20,000 nucleotides of DNA from Chiloscyllium plagiosum. Taxonomy: Eukaryota. The DNA lies in contig NC_057759.1 of NCBI RefSeq assembly GCF_004010195.1, forward strand, positions 6,983,774-7,003,773, read 5' to 3'. The notes under the pieces are model-generated. The model was not told where the DNA came from, ran no database searches, and saw nothing but the letters and a program-made list of their open reading frames with translations. Shown here in pieces: positions 19,720 to 20,000 of the stretch (position 1 is the stretch's first letter; the number at the start of each line of letters is the position of its first letter). The translations under genes were made by a program, and so were the position numbers.

Positions 19720-20000
19720 AAATCGAAATAACTGTTTATGCACTAAATCAGAAAAACCAGCCACAATTGCTAGAAATTCTCAGCAGGTCTGGCAGCATTT
19801 GTGCAGAGAAATCAAAGTTAATGTTTCAGGTCATTTCACCTTTCTTCAGAACTGTGTGGATAAGGGGGATAGAATGGGGAGTTTTTTTGGGGGAGAGGAA
19901 ATGAGGGAGAGGGCTAGATTGCGGATGGCAGGAGAAAAAGTGGAGGATGGAGTGGAGCAGGGGAATATTGGAAGGGAATAGAGAGAGGGCCAGGAGAAGC
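19720..20000 (-). mobile_element. Penelope-like terminal repeat with decayed hammerhead, followed by purine-rich sequence
   Basis: CTCAGCAGGTCTGGCAGCAT motif, a hammerhead-like core on the minus strand at 19817-19852, and G/A-rich sequence running to the window end. Confidence 0.65.

Overview
This is eukaryotic genomic DNA. The HE1-type SINE and the CR1/HER1-type LINE and Penelope-like repeats point to a cartilaginous fish, probably a shark (inference). The window holds the 3' part of one + strand, multi-exon immunoglobulin-superfamily receptor gene of the Fc-receptor-like/PECAM/allergin type. I reconstructed nine exons by hand (1-163, 5868-6152, 7462-7764, 8584-8685, 10829-10859, 11384-11457, 13344-13403, 15007-15041, 17047-17166). 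All introns are GT-AG and phase-compatible, giving 1173 nt, or 390 aa plus stop. The protein has three C2-type Ig domains (the first is partial), a TM helix and a ~112-aa tail with three canonical ITIMs plus a C-terminal NVYANI tyrosine motif. The introns are mostly decayed retroelements: nested CR1 LINEs, tRNA-derived SINEs and Penelope-like fragments. Several of the Penelope fragments carry minimal hammerhead-ribozyme motifs, and one looks intact. There is also a degenerate (CCCTAA)n tract. Almost all ORFs in the supplied track are LINE debris or chance. I see no prokaryotic system or CRISPR array.
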